From assembly GCA_043803405.1 (NCBI GenBank), contig JAZDKB010000033.1, forward strand, positions 1 to 41,363: 41,363 nt of DNA. The letters are read 5' to 3'. The notes below the pieces were generated by a model. It had not been told where the DNA came from, made no database searches, and worked only from the letters and a program-made list of their open reading frames with translations. Position numbers and translations under genes: made by a program. The stretch comes from Spirochaetota bacterium (GTDB lineage Bacteria > Spirochaetota > UBA4802 > JAFGDQ01). This document shows positions 9,917 to 21,400 of the stretch, piece by piece (position 1 is the stretch's first letter; each line of letters opens with the position of its first letter).

Positions 9917-10990
9917 ATGAAAATTGCAGTAGGAATGAGCGGCGGCGTGGATTCATCCACGGCAGCGCTGATATTAAAAGAGCAGGGACACGAGGTTATC
10001 GGCATATCCATGGCGCTCTGGGACGGAAGCGAAAAATGCAGCGGCAAAGGGAAGCATTCATGTTACGGCCCGGACGAGAAGGAAGATATTGCAGAGACAA
10101 AAAAAGTATGCGATTCGATCGGCATTCCTTTTTTTGTTTTAGACTGTTCAAAAGAATATAAAAGTACTATAATAGAATATTTCAAGAGTGAGTACATGTG
10201 CGCGCGGACGCCAAACCCGTGCGTTCTGTGCAATTACAAGATCAAGTTTGACGCGCTCTTGAAGAATGCGCAGATGTCCGGCATCAGTTTCGACAAGTTT
10301 GCCACAGGCCATTACGCGAATGTTGAGCATGATAAAGAATCCGGCAGATACCTGCTAAAGAAAGCGTCCGATAAGCGTAAAGACCAGACTTACTTTTTAT
10401 ACAGGCTGTCTCAAAGCCAGCTATCGAACGTAATGTTCCCTCTGGGCGATTTGACAAAGGAAGAGGTTCGTGGTTACGCGCGCGAAAAAGGATTGCGCGT
10501 TGCCGAAAAGGAAGAAAGCCAGGATTTCTACGGAGGAGATTACCGCGAGCTTCTCGATATGCAGGACGAAGAAGGAGACATTGTGCTCACAACAGGCGAA
10601 GTTGTAGGCAGGCACAGGGGGCTGTGGAACTATACACCGGGGCAAAGGCGGGGCATGGGCATTGCGCATCCTGAGCCTCTTTACGTTATCCGGCTTGACA
10701 GTAAAACAAACACAGTGGTCGCAGGAATAAAAAGTGAAATTATTATTACGGATTTTATTGTGAATGATTTGAACTGGATAGCAGTTGAAAAACCCGAAGC
10801 GTCTTTTAAGGCGCAGACAAAAGTCAGGTCTTCACAAAATTATTATGATTCATTTATCGAAATTATAAACGATAAAGAAGTAAAAGTCACATTAAAGGAT
10901 GCCGGAGCGGCAATCTCTCCCGGTCAGTCCGCAGTATTTTACAGCGGCGACATCGTGATCGGCGGCGGCATAATAGACAGGGTGGTTTGA
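9917..10990 (+). CDS. mnmA: tRNA 2-thiouridine synthase
   Basis: MSGGVDSS, TPNPCVLCN, ATGHYA, KDQTYFL and PGQSAVFY. Confidence 0.93.
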   Translation: MKIAVGMSGGVDSSTAALILKEQGHEVIGISMALWDGSEKCSGKGKHSCYGPDEKEDIAETKKVCDSIGIPFFVLDCSKEYKSTIIEYFKSEYMCARTPNPCVLCNYKIKFDALLKNAQMSGISFDKFATGHYANVEHDKESGRYLLKKASDKRKDQTYFLYRLSQSQLSNVMFPLGDLTKEEVRGYAREKGLRVAEKEESQDFYGGDYRELLDMQDEEGDIVLTTGEVVGRHRGLWNYTPGQRRGMGIAHPEPLYVIRLDSKTNTVVAGIKSEIIITDFIVNDLNWIAVEKPEASFKAQTKVRSSQNYYDSFIEIINDKEVKVTLKDAGAAISPGQSAVFYSGDIVIGGGIIDRVV

Positions 10991-10992
10991 TT

Positions 10993-11784
10993 ATGGGCAA
11001 TGAATACCGGGCTAACAGATACTCCAGGCAGATACTTATCCCGGAGATCGGTGAAAGAGGGCAGGAGCGCCTGGGCAAATCAAGCGTGCTGATCGCTGGC
11101 TGTGGCGGGCTGGGCACTGTTCTTGCGAACAGCATGGTAAGGGCAGGCGTAGGCAATGTGCGGATAGTAGACAGGGATTTTGTTGAACTGGACAACCTGC
11201 CAAGGCAGGTTCTATTTGACGAAGAAGACATGAAAAAGAGGACTCCCAAAGCTGTCGCTGCCTCGGATAAGCTGCGCCTGATAAATTCGGAAATCAGTAT
11301 AGAACCGGTAGTGGCTCGCCTTACTTCGGATAATATTGAATCGTTGATGAAGGATGTAGATCTGGTGCTCGACGGCACGGATAATTTTGAGACCCGCTTT
11401 TTAATAAACGAAGCAAGTATTAAACTCGGCATTCCGTGGATTTACGCAGGTGTGGTTTCTACTGTCGGCATGAGTTTCAGTATAATACCCGGCAGTACCC
11501 CGTGTTTTAAATGCTTTATTGATAAAGTTCCGCAGCCGGGCACCACACCGACCAATGCTACAGCAGGCGTGCTTGGAATGGCAGTCAATATTACAGCTTC
11601 AATCGAAGCCACTGAGGCTATAAAAGTACTTATAGGGGATTACGATTCGCTTATTAAAAAGCTTGTTTATTTTGATGTATGGTACGGCACATGGAAACTG
11701 ATCGATCTAAAGAAAGGCAGTAATCCATGTTCCGTTTGCGATGAACGGCGATTTGATTTTCTCGGGCATGGAATAGATTCTTAA
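10993..11784 (+). CDS. ThiF/MoeB-family adenylyltransferase
   Basis: RYSRQI, GCGGLG, VDRDFVELDNLPRQ, DGTDNF and two CxxC motifs. Confidence 0.9.
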   Translation: MGNEYRANRYSRQILIPEIGERGQERLGKSSVLIAGCGGLGTVLANSMVRAGVGNVRIVDRDFVELDNLPRQVLFDEEDMKKRTPKAVAASDKLRLINSEISIEPVVARLTSDNIESLMKDVDLVLDGTDNFETRFLINEASIKLGIPWIYAGVVSTVGMSFSIIPGSTPCFKCFIDKVPQPGTTPTNATAGVLGMAVNITASIEATEAIKVLIGDYDSLIKKLVYFDVWYGTWKLIDLKKGSNPCSVCDERRFDFLGHGIDS

Positions 11785-11868
11785 AAAAATGCTTTATTTT
11801 TTTATAATTTTCGATAATATTATTATCTGAAACAAGATAGAATAATATTTCCCGCAATAAAAAAGAGA

Positions 11869-13359
11869 ATGAAAAAATCAATGCCGGTTTGCGTCAAAAA
11901 GATAATTATCATACTGATTCTATTTTTATTTATTCCGCCTCTGTATTCCCAGCAGGCTATTGACCCCAAGAAAACTTCCGAAAGGGGAGTGCAGTTCGGG
12001 CAGCAGAAGCGTTATGATGAAGCATTGAAGGAATTTGATGCCGCATTAAAATTATACAATACTTCTTCTTCCAAAACATATCACAACAAAGGATGGGTCT
12101 ACGAATTAAAGGGGGACATCCCGAACGCGCTGGCATCTTATGAGGAAGCTGTGAAAAGAAATCCCGCCCAGGTGCCTTCTCTGGAGAGAGTGGGTTACCT
12201 GTATTTCCAGACAGGAAAATATGACGAGGCTGTGCTCATGGGAGAACGGGTTATCAGCCTGGATCCTAAAAACACTGAAGTAATAAAATGGCTTCCGGAA
12301 GCTTATGCATTGAGAATGAAAAAACAGCGTGAAGCGCTTATAGCAAAGCAGGAAGAGGAAAAAAAGAAAAAAGAAGAAAAAAAGGCTGAACCTGCAAAGG
12401 AAGAAAAAAAAGAAGAAGAGCCTCAGAGATATTTTTACGGCACGTTCGATTGTATGATGCGAAGCGCTTATTATTTTAGAGACGGAGAAAAATCAAAGGG
12501 ATATCATTACGTAACTACGCCGGGCCTATATATGAACGTGCCCGAGATGCTGCATCTGAATGCGACGCCGTCTAAAATATTCGAATTCGATCTCGAGGCA
12601 GGGCGTCCTTATCTTGGAGCGCTCTCCCCGAGTCTTATTATTCACACGGAAAAACTTGAAATAATAACGCACCTGGGGAAATACGCGCTCGGGATCGGCG
12701 GCATGGGAAATCATTACAGAAGTACGTTTGCATTCGCTGACGGGGAAGAGCATACGCTTCACGATTTTAAAACAGGCTTTATTTTCGGTTTCGAAGATGA
12801 CGACGCCGCTCTTTTATTCAGGCTTTATCCACGCTCTCTTCCGCACGACGGCGACGGTTCGTCCGGAAAGACGCTGGATGTGGATTATGCCCAGCTTGAC
12901 TATAAATACAAAATTGATAAGCTCTTAAATTTTTACTCATGGTTTTCTGCCAGGGATTATTATTATTTTGATCATGAAGCCGAGATATCGAATTACTGGG
13001 GGGTTTATGAACTCGGATTCGGGGTCAGCCTTGGAAAATACAGGGATGTAGGGAAGCTTTTAAGCTATATAACCGTAAGCCTTGATTATACGGAGAGATT
13101 TTATATGAGAGACCTGAATAACGACAAGCCGTATAATTTCGCAAACGGCCAGGGCTGGTTCGGTGCTAACGGCGACAAGTGGTTCAAGGGCGATCCGTTT
13201 TCGGGCTACCGCGCACCCGGACACGTAGTGTCGTTAAAAATGGAAGAAGGCATAACGAATAATTTTTTTATATATCAGAAAATAATAGTGGAACTTGTGG
13301 ACAGAAGAGAAGATCATGACGAATACAATCTGTTGTTCGGGATAGGCGCAGTATATTAA
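11869..13359 (+). CDS. secreted TPR protein with probable C-terminal outer-membrane beta-barrel
   Basis: Signal peptide, about 3 TPR repeats, an E/K-rich linker, then amphipathic beta-strands ending LLFGIGAVY. Confidence 0.7.
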   Translation: MKKSMPVCVKKIIIILILFLFIPPLYSQQAIDPKKTSERGVQFGQQKRYDEALKEFDAALKLYNTSSSKTYHNKGWVYELKGDIPNALASYEEAVKRNPAQVPSLERVGYLYFQTGKYDEAVLMGERVISLDPKNTEVIKWLPEAYALRMKKQREALIAKQEEEKKKKEEKKAEPAKEEKKEEEPQRYFYGTFDCMMRSAYYFRDGEKSKGYHYVTTPGLYMNVPEMLHLNATPSKIFEFDLEAGRPYLGALSPSLIIHTEKLEIITHLGKYALGIGGMGNHYRSTFAFADGEEHTLHDFKTGFIFGFEDDDAALLFRLYPRSLPHDGDGSSGKTLDVDYAQLDYKYKIDKLLNFYSWFSARDYYYFDHEAEISNYWGVYELGFGVSLGKYRDVGKLLSYITVSLDYTERFYMRDLNNDKPYNFANGQGWFGANGDKWFKGDPFSGYRAPGHVVSLKMEEGITNNFFIYQKIIVELVDRREDHDEYNLLFGIGAVY

Positions 13360-13437
13360 AAGTTATCTTAAAAATAGCTGGTGCTTAATAATTTTGAGTT
13401 GAGTTTTAAAATTTCGTCAGGAGATTTGTATAATATT

Positions 13438-13647
13438 ATGTCAAAGTTTAAGCTGATCCTTCTTTTTATTTTTATTTTATTTTTAACGATTATAGTGCTT
13501 CAGAATCCGAATGCAATTTCGCTCCGATTTTTAATGTGGAACTTTGAACTCTCTCCGTTTGCCATTCCGGCCATTATTGTTATAAGCATAATTCTTGGTT
13601 ACCTGCTTGCTTCAATTAAGCTCCGTAAACGAAATAAAAAAGAATAG
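13438..13647 (+). CDS. LapA-like small membrane protein
   Basis: TM-'LQN..ISLRFLMW'-TM-basic tail pattern. RBS AGGAG upstream. Confidence 0.65.
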   Translation: MSKFKLILLFIFILFLTIIVLQNPNAISLRFLMWNFELSPFAIPAIIVISIILGYLLASIKLRKRNKKE

Positions 13648-13872
13648 ATTGACAATCCCGCGATTCGATTCTATTCGCATATAACCTTCGTGTAACCTTA
13701 AAAAAGTGCTTGCCTTTGAAAGTGTTGCTTTCATACTTATTGATACATACAATTTTTAATTTTTTTTCGTGTCCTTTCGGAAATATGATTATATAATATT
13801 GAAGCATAAAGACTGGCATTAGCGGCTGTGAGCATAAAGAAATTTCTAATTTGCCGGAAAAATCAATAATGA

Positions 13873-15156
<1,284 letters not shown>

Positions 15157-15159
15157 CAG

Positions 15160-15183
15160 GCTGCCCCATGCCGGCAGCTTTTT
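15160..15183 (+). terminator. intrinsic terminator after purA
   Basis: GCTGCC-ccatgcc-GGCAGC followed by TTTTT. Confidence 0.6.
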
Positions 15184-15296
15184 GGCAGACTGAGATATTC
15201 ATAAATATTCAAAGATCTATTTTAACAGAACGGCATTCTTGAATCTGCCGTTAATTATCTGCTGCGTTTTATTCCTGAATTCGCTTTTATAAAAAA

Positions 15297-16049
15297 ATGC
15301 ATAAGATACAAATAATCAATTTAAGAAAATCTTTTTTCGGCAGGGAAGTGCTGTGCGGTGCTGACCTGGCAATTAATGAAGGTGAAATATTTTCCATAAT
15401 CGGGAAAAGCGGCTCAGGGAAATCCGTAATATTAAAACATCTGATCGGCCTGCTAAAACCGGACAGTGGGGAAATAATTGTCGATAATCAAAGTTATTCG
15501 GACGCCGATGAGCAGGCAAAAATAAAGATCGGTTATAAATTCGGAGTCCTTTTTCAGGGCGCTGCTCTCTTTGATTCAATGAATATTTATGATAACGTAG
15601 CGTTCGGTTTGCGAAGAATGAAAACGCCGGAGCCGGCAATAAAGACTACAGTGTCCGAAATGCTTGAACAGGTAGGACTACGTAATATTGACGATAAATA
15701 TCCGCACGAGCTCTCGGGCGGAATGCAGAAAAGGGCGGGGCTTGCAAGGAGCCTGGCTCTTAAGCCCGAGATAATGCTGTACGATGAGCCAACAACAGGC
15801 GTTGATCCCATTACAGCAAGCGCTGTGGACGATCTTATCCTTAAGATGCGCGATAAATTCGGAGTAACATCAGTAGTGGTAACGCACGATATGAATTCCG
15901 CTTATAAAATATCGGACAGAATGGCCATGCTGCTCGACGGCAGAATAATTTTTTGCGGAACTCCCCATGAAATTAAAAATTCCGATGATCCGTATATAAT
16001 GCAATTTATAGAAGGAAGGGCAGGCGGGCCAATCCAGGCCGCGGAGTAA
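15297..16049 (+). CDS. ABC ATPase, MlaF/Mkl family
   Basis: GKSGSGKS, FQGAALFDSM, LSGGMQKR, YDEPTTGVDPI and VTHD. Confidence 0.9.
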   Translation: MHKIQIINLRKSFFGREVLCGADLAINEGEIFSIIGKSGSGKSVILKHLIGLLKPDSGEIIVDNQSYSDADEQAKIKIGYKFGVLFQGAALFDSMNIYDNVAFGLRRMKTPEPAIKTTVSEMLEQVGLRNIDDKYPHELSGGMQKRAGLARSLALKPEIMLYDEPTTGVDPITASAVDDLILKMRDKFGVTSVVVTHDMNSAYKISDRMAMLLDGRIIFCGTPHEIKNSDDPYIMQFIEGRAGGPIQAAE

Positions 16050-16083
16050 AGTTTATCATAAAAGTACTCATGTAAACTATTAT

Positions 16084-16118
16084 TGTCATTCCGGGGAGTC
16101 CGAAGGACGACGAGGAAT
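16084..16118. repeat. REP-like element (GTCATTCCG...CGACGAGGAAT type) between convergent genes
   Basis: TGTCATTCCGGGGAGTCCGAAGGACGACGAGGAAT, with ATTCC/GGAAT and GTCC/GGAC stems. Confidence 0.5.
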
Positions 16119-16125
16119 AGGCTCT

Positions 16126-16941
16126 TTACTGTTTTCTTTTAAACGACTCAAGGCGAAAGTCCTGCAGAATTTCTTCAGCTTTTTCTTTAACCTTTAGGAT
16201 CGCGCCATAAGGGGTCATGCCGGAAAAGACAGCCAGTATTTTTTTCTTTGCGCTGCTCTCAATATAAAGCTTATCGAATTTAAGGGGATTATCCCATTCC
16301 TTGTCCCTGATGCATATCAGTTTGTCTGTAAAATCGACAACCTCATGCAAAAGAAACGCGGTTTCCTTTAAATAAGCATTCTTGTTTTTTTCAATATCGA
16401 TTTCCCTGACATCCTTTCTGGAAAGCAGCAGAATATGGTCCTCTATCTTTTTCGGATGCCTTTTGCTCTTTGAAACTGCAAAATCCGAGAACCGGTTATC
16501 AAGACTCTGGAGAATATCTTTATTATTGTAATCCTTTACAATTATCCATAAAACCGAAAAATAATATATTATAAATTCCGACAAAGCTCCGTATAGATAT
16601 GTTATTTCCAGATCCGCATGAGGATGAAATTGTATTTCACTGTATTTCTTTATCCTTTCAGTGTTTTCTTCCATTATACGTTCAACTTTTCTGGAAAACG
16701 CGTTTTCTCCGTTTTTGCTTCCCTTCTTTTCATCATCCAGTTTCTGTTTTATTTTTTCGAAATTGGTAATTTCAGCCAGAATAAAAGCTTCCAGATTCAT
16801 CCTTTTCCTTAAGGCTGTCTGCAATCTGTCTTCAAATGCGTCCAGGTTAAATAGCCTGGATTTATATTCAATAGCTGATTCTTTATATTTATCTTTTAAC
16901 TTATTTATTAATAGGTCGACTTCTTTGCCGGATAATCCCAT
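16126..16941 (-). CDS. hypothetical helical protein
   Basis: 271-aa ORF with protein-like composition and AAAGGAG RBS. No motif recognised. Confidence 0.8.
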   Translation of the reverse strand: MGLSGKEVDLLINKLKDKYKESAIEYKSRLFNLDAFEDRLQTALRKRMNLEAFILAEITNFEKIKQKLDDEKKGSKNGENAFSRKVERIMEENTERIKKYSEIQFHPHADLEITYLYGALSEFIIYYFSVLWIIVKDYNNKDILQSLDNRFSDFAVSKSKRHPKKIEDHILLLSRKDVREIDIEKNKNAYLKETAFLLHEVVDFTDKLICIRDKEWDNPLKFDKLYIESSAKKKILAVFSGMTPYGAILKVKEKAEEILQDFRLESFKRKQ

Positions 16942-17302
16942 GCCTGATTTGCTCCTTTGTAAAAAGGCGTTCTTGCGGTAATATCATTTATATAATAATA
17001 CCGTAAGGCTACAGAAAATGTGTAAATCAATGAATAATAAAAAATCAAGAAATAATTTAAAAAATATCTTGCAAATTTTGAATGTTATGATTATAGCTAA
17101 TAAATATCAATTCTAAATATTCTATAATAATCCCCGAATCCTTAAAGGGTTTTCAAGTATAATAGTCTCTTTTATGCGGTTAGGGGGCTATACTCCGAAA
17201 AATATATTTTTATTTCAGGGAAAAATGCACCGCTGCCTGCGGCAGTGAATTATATTAATTTTGCTGACAGTTAGGTTTTTCCGTCTGCTTAAGAGGACAA
17301 AC

Positions 17303-18337
17303 ATGGGTATTACTTACAAAGATTCAGGAGTCGATGTTGAAGGCGGAAATAACTTCGTAAAAAAAATTGCTCCGATAGTTAAATCAACATTCAGTAAAAA
17401 TGTCATTACTGATTTAGGAGGATTCGGAGCGCTTTTTTCGGGATCATTCCCGGATTTAAAAGATCCTGTCCTTGTATCAGGGACGGACGGCGTTGGCACC
17501 AAGCTGAAAATAGCGCAGATGATGAACGTTCACTATACAATAGGAATCGACGCTGTCGCCATGTGCGTTAACGACGTGCTTACACTCGGAGCAAGGCCGC
17601 TGTTTTTTCTGGATTACATCGCCTGCGGGAAACTGAACGAAGCCGTACTTGTGGACGTTGTAAAGGGAATGGCGGAGGGCTGTAAAATCGCAGGCTGCAG
17701 CCTTATTGGCGGCGAAACCGCTGAGCACCCAAACATTATGGCCGAGGATGATTACGACATTGCAGGATTTTCTGTCGGTGTTGTAGACAGGGAAAAAATT
17801 TTAAATTACGATGATATTACAAAGGGAGATGTTCTCATAGGACTTTCTTCTTCAGGCATACATTCCAACGGTTATTCTCTTGTCAGAAAATTATTTTTCG
17901 ATATAAAAAAATACGGCATTAATACAAAATTAAACGACCTGCCAAAACCTTTGGGAGAAATTCTCCTTACTCCGACAAGGATATACTGCAAACCGGTTAT
18001 AAATTGCTTTAATAAAGGCCATAAAATCAAGGGCATTGTGCACATTACAGGCGGCGGATTTTATGAAAATATTCCGAGAATTCTGCCCGGTAAAGCAGCG
18101 GTTAAAATAAATAAGGCAAAGCTTACTATACCTCCGATTTTTAACGTGATACGTAAAGAAGGCGGCATAGAAGAAAAAGAAATGTTCACTACGTTTAATA
18201 TGGGAACCGGGCTCATCCTGGTAGTCGATAGAAATGATGCCGATAAATCTCTGGAGCTTCTGAATAATTCCGGAGAGGAAGCAGCGATAATCGGAGAGAT
18301 CATTGATTATAAAGACGTAAAAGTAGTTATCAGTTAA
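17303..18337 (+). CDS. purM: phosphoribosylformylglycinamidine cyclo-ligase
   Basis: TYKDSGVD, TDGVGTK, GGETAEHP, HSNGYSL, HITGGG and TFNMG. ATG 17303 follows RBS AGAGG. Confidence 0.97.
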   Translation: MGITYKDSGVDVEGGNNFVKKIAPIVKSTFSKNVITDLGGFGALFSGSFPDLKDPVLVSGTDGVGTKLKIAQMMNVHYTIGIDAVAMCVNDVLTLGARPLFFLDYIACGKLNEAVLVDVVKGMAEGCKIAGCSLIGGETAEHPNIMAEDDYDIAGFSVGVVDREKILNYDDITKGDVLIGLSSSGIHSNGYSLVRKLFFDIKKYGINTKLNDLPKPLGEILLTPTRIYCKPVINCFNKGHKIKGIVHITGGGFYENIPRILPGKAAVKINKAKLTIPPIFNVIRKEGGIEEKEMFTTFNMGTGLILVVDRNDADKSLELLNNSGEEAAIIGEIIDYKDVKVVIS

Positions 18338-18443
18338 ATATATCCGGCCGCTGATTATGTTCCTGCGGCCTGTAATTAAGTCCTCATCTTTCACATCTTA
18401 CTTAGTTGTCATGATTGTGCAATGAACGGAGGCTTGTACATAA

Positions 18444-21400
18444 ATGGGCGCTAACCCGACTCTTATTTTACTGATTGAAGATCAAAAAGATCATATTGAT
18501 CTCATCAGTCAAAGTTTTCAGGCTCACCGGAATCAATACAGCCTTGCTTTTGCACGTAATTTAACGGAAGCAAAGGCATTCGTTAAAACTTCCGAATGCC
18601 ATATTGCCATAGCGAATCTAATCCTCCCGGATGGAAGCGCGCTTGAGCTCCTTAAAGAATCCGACGGAAACATGTCTTTCCCCATGGTAATTATGGCTGA
18701 CAGTACTGAGGAATCCATGGCTGTTGAAGCTATAAAGGCCGGAGCTTTTGATTTTGTAATAAAAACAGAAGGATCGTTGCGCGGAATACCGGGGATTGCA
18801 GAACGCTGTATCCGCGAATGGGCGCACATAAAAGAACAAAAAAAATCCGAGGCAGCGCTTCGGGACACGGAAGTAAAATATTCCGAAATTATTGAAAATT
18901 CCAATGAGGGCGTAGTAATATTACAGGATGATGCGATAAAATTCATCAATAAAGCCGGTGCGCAAATATCCGGTTTTGAGGTTGAAGAATTATGGGATAA
19001 ACCGGTAATGCCCCTGATTGATCCGTTTTACAGGGCGCTTTTTTCCGATACCCTTGGGTATTTTTTGGCCGGGAATAAGGTACAGCGTAAACTTGAAATT
19101 AAAATCATTCGCAAAGACGGCATCCTGAGAGATGTTGAATTAAGCGGTACATTAATTCAATATAGAAATAAACCTGCCGGCCTGGGGATATTGCGCGACA
19201 TTACAGAGCGCAAGGCTGTTGAAAAAGCACTGGTCGAATCCGAAGAGCAATACCGTTCTTTTCAACACAGCACTCCTATTGGTCTTGTAAGGACGAATCC
19301 CGAAGGCAAAATACTGTACGCAAATCCCATGATGGCTAAAATATTCGGCTACGGATCCGTTGCCGATATTATGAATGTAAATACGAACTCCCTGTATATA
19401 GATCCTCAGGTTAGAAAAAAGCTTCTGGAAAAAATAAAAAGTGACGGCGCGGTTGTTAACTACGAAGCGCAAATGAGAAAAAAAGACGGCACCATATTCT
19501 GGATATCGACAAGCTTAAATGCGTCTTATAATGACTCTAATGATGTAGTTTTACTGGACGGATATCTAAAGGACATTACTGAGCGCAAGGAAGCAGAAGC
19601 AATATTAAGAAGAAAAGAAGAACTGTATTCAACCCTGTTTCAGCACAACCCTATCCAGACAATTGCAGTGGATCAGAACTGCAGGATAATAGCATTTAAT
19701 AAAGCAAAAGAAGCGTCGGGCGACAGGCTGCCGAAAATAAACGATGTTATGTACAAAAATTATGCGGGCCGTCACAGTATTGATATGCACGGGGAGCTTA
19801 TGCGCTGTATGACTACCGGCGAAATGCGCGAGTTTCCCGAACAGAAATATAATAATAAAATATTATCCATTAAAATATCTCCGTTTGAGAATGGGGCCAT
19901 TATAACCAGCCAGGATATAACGCTTCAGAAAAAATCCGAACATGAGCTTAAAAAAAGCGAAGAGAAAATAAGGTTAATTACGGATAACATGCTTGACCTG
20001 GTATCCATGTGCGACAATGAAGGCAGGCTTACCTTCATTAGCCCTTCGCATGAACGCATACTGGGACACAGCCATAATGAGAATATCGGCAAGCCGGTTT
20101 TCGGGAACGTACATCCGGACGACCTTGAGCGCGTACTGGAAAAATCCGACATGCTGAAAAAATTATCTCTGCCCGACTCGTTTATTTACAGGCAAAAGCA
20201 TAATGACGGGCATTATCTGTGGCTGGAAACCTATGCCCACAGCATTTTTAATTCAAACGGAGAATATATAGGATCGGTTTTTTCATCAAGGGACATTACA
20301 TCGCGCAAAATCGCAGAAGAAAAAATTGAGCATTTGAATGAGCTTCTTTATGCCATCAGAAATGTCGATCTGCTTATAGCTCACGAAAAAAATACCGGAA
20401 GACTTCTTCAGGGAATCTGCGACTGCCTTATCAGGTCCAGAGGCCATACAGGCGCATGGATTGCAGCAACAGACAGCTTGAATTCTTATTTTGCGGCATC
20501 TGACTCAGGGTTAAGAACCAAATTTTCCAACTTTTTTAAAATTCAGAAAAACATTCATTCACTTAACTGTTATGACTTAATAAAGAATACATCCAGCCCG
20601 TGCGTTATTGGCGATAATTCATTCTGTAAAGATTGCCGCTTTGAAGAAGAGGATGATACTGTCGGCAGGGTGGTTATTCGTCTCGAATACAATGACAAAA
20701 TATACGGCTTAATGAATGTAGGCGTGCTGCGGGAAATTCTGAACGAAGAGCAGGAGAAATCCCTGCTGGAAGAAGTAGCCGGAGAAATCGCTTTCGGGTT
20801 ATACAATCTCGATCTTGAAAGAGAAAGAAAGGAACTCCAGAAGCAGCTTTACAGATCCGCAAGGCTTTCTGCAGTGGGACAGCTTGCCGCGGGCATTGCG
20901 CACGAGTTCAACAACATGCTTTCCATAATACTCGGTCACACACAGCTTTCCCTGGAAGAAGATTCGGTTGATGAGATTAAGCAGTCATTAAAGGAAATTG
21001 AAAAAACAACGAAACGCGGAAGCAATATTGTAATTAAACTGGCAGCGTTCGCAAAACCGAAAGAGCCCGAGTTTAGAGTTCAGGATGTTGAAAAGATAAT
21101 CGACGACGTAATTCAGCTGCAAGTAAGGCAACTACAACTAGCATCCATAAAAATTGAAAGAAAATATGCCGCGAAACTAAAAGTATCCTTTGACCGCGGA
21201 CAGATGGAACAGGTGTTTCTAAATCTTTTAATTAACTCAATCCATGCCATTAAACCCAAAGGAAGGGGGGAAATACTCATAGCTACCGCAGATGTAAAAG
21301 GAGAAATGGAAATAAGATTTTCCGATAACGGTACAGGCATGGACAAAGAAACAAAAGCAAAGGTGTTTGACCCGTTTTTTACAACAAAAGGAGCATGGGC

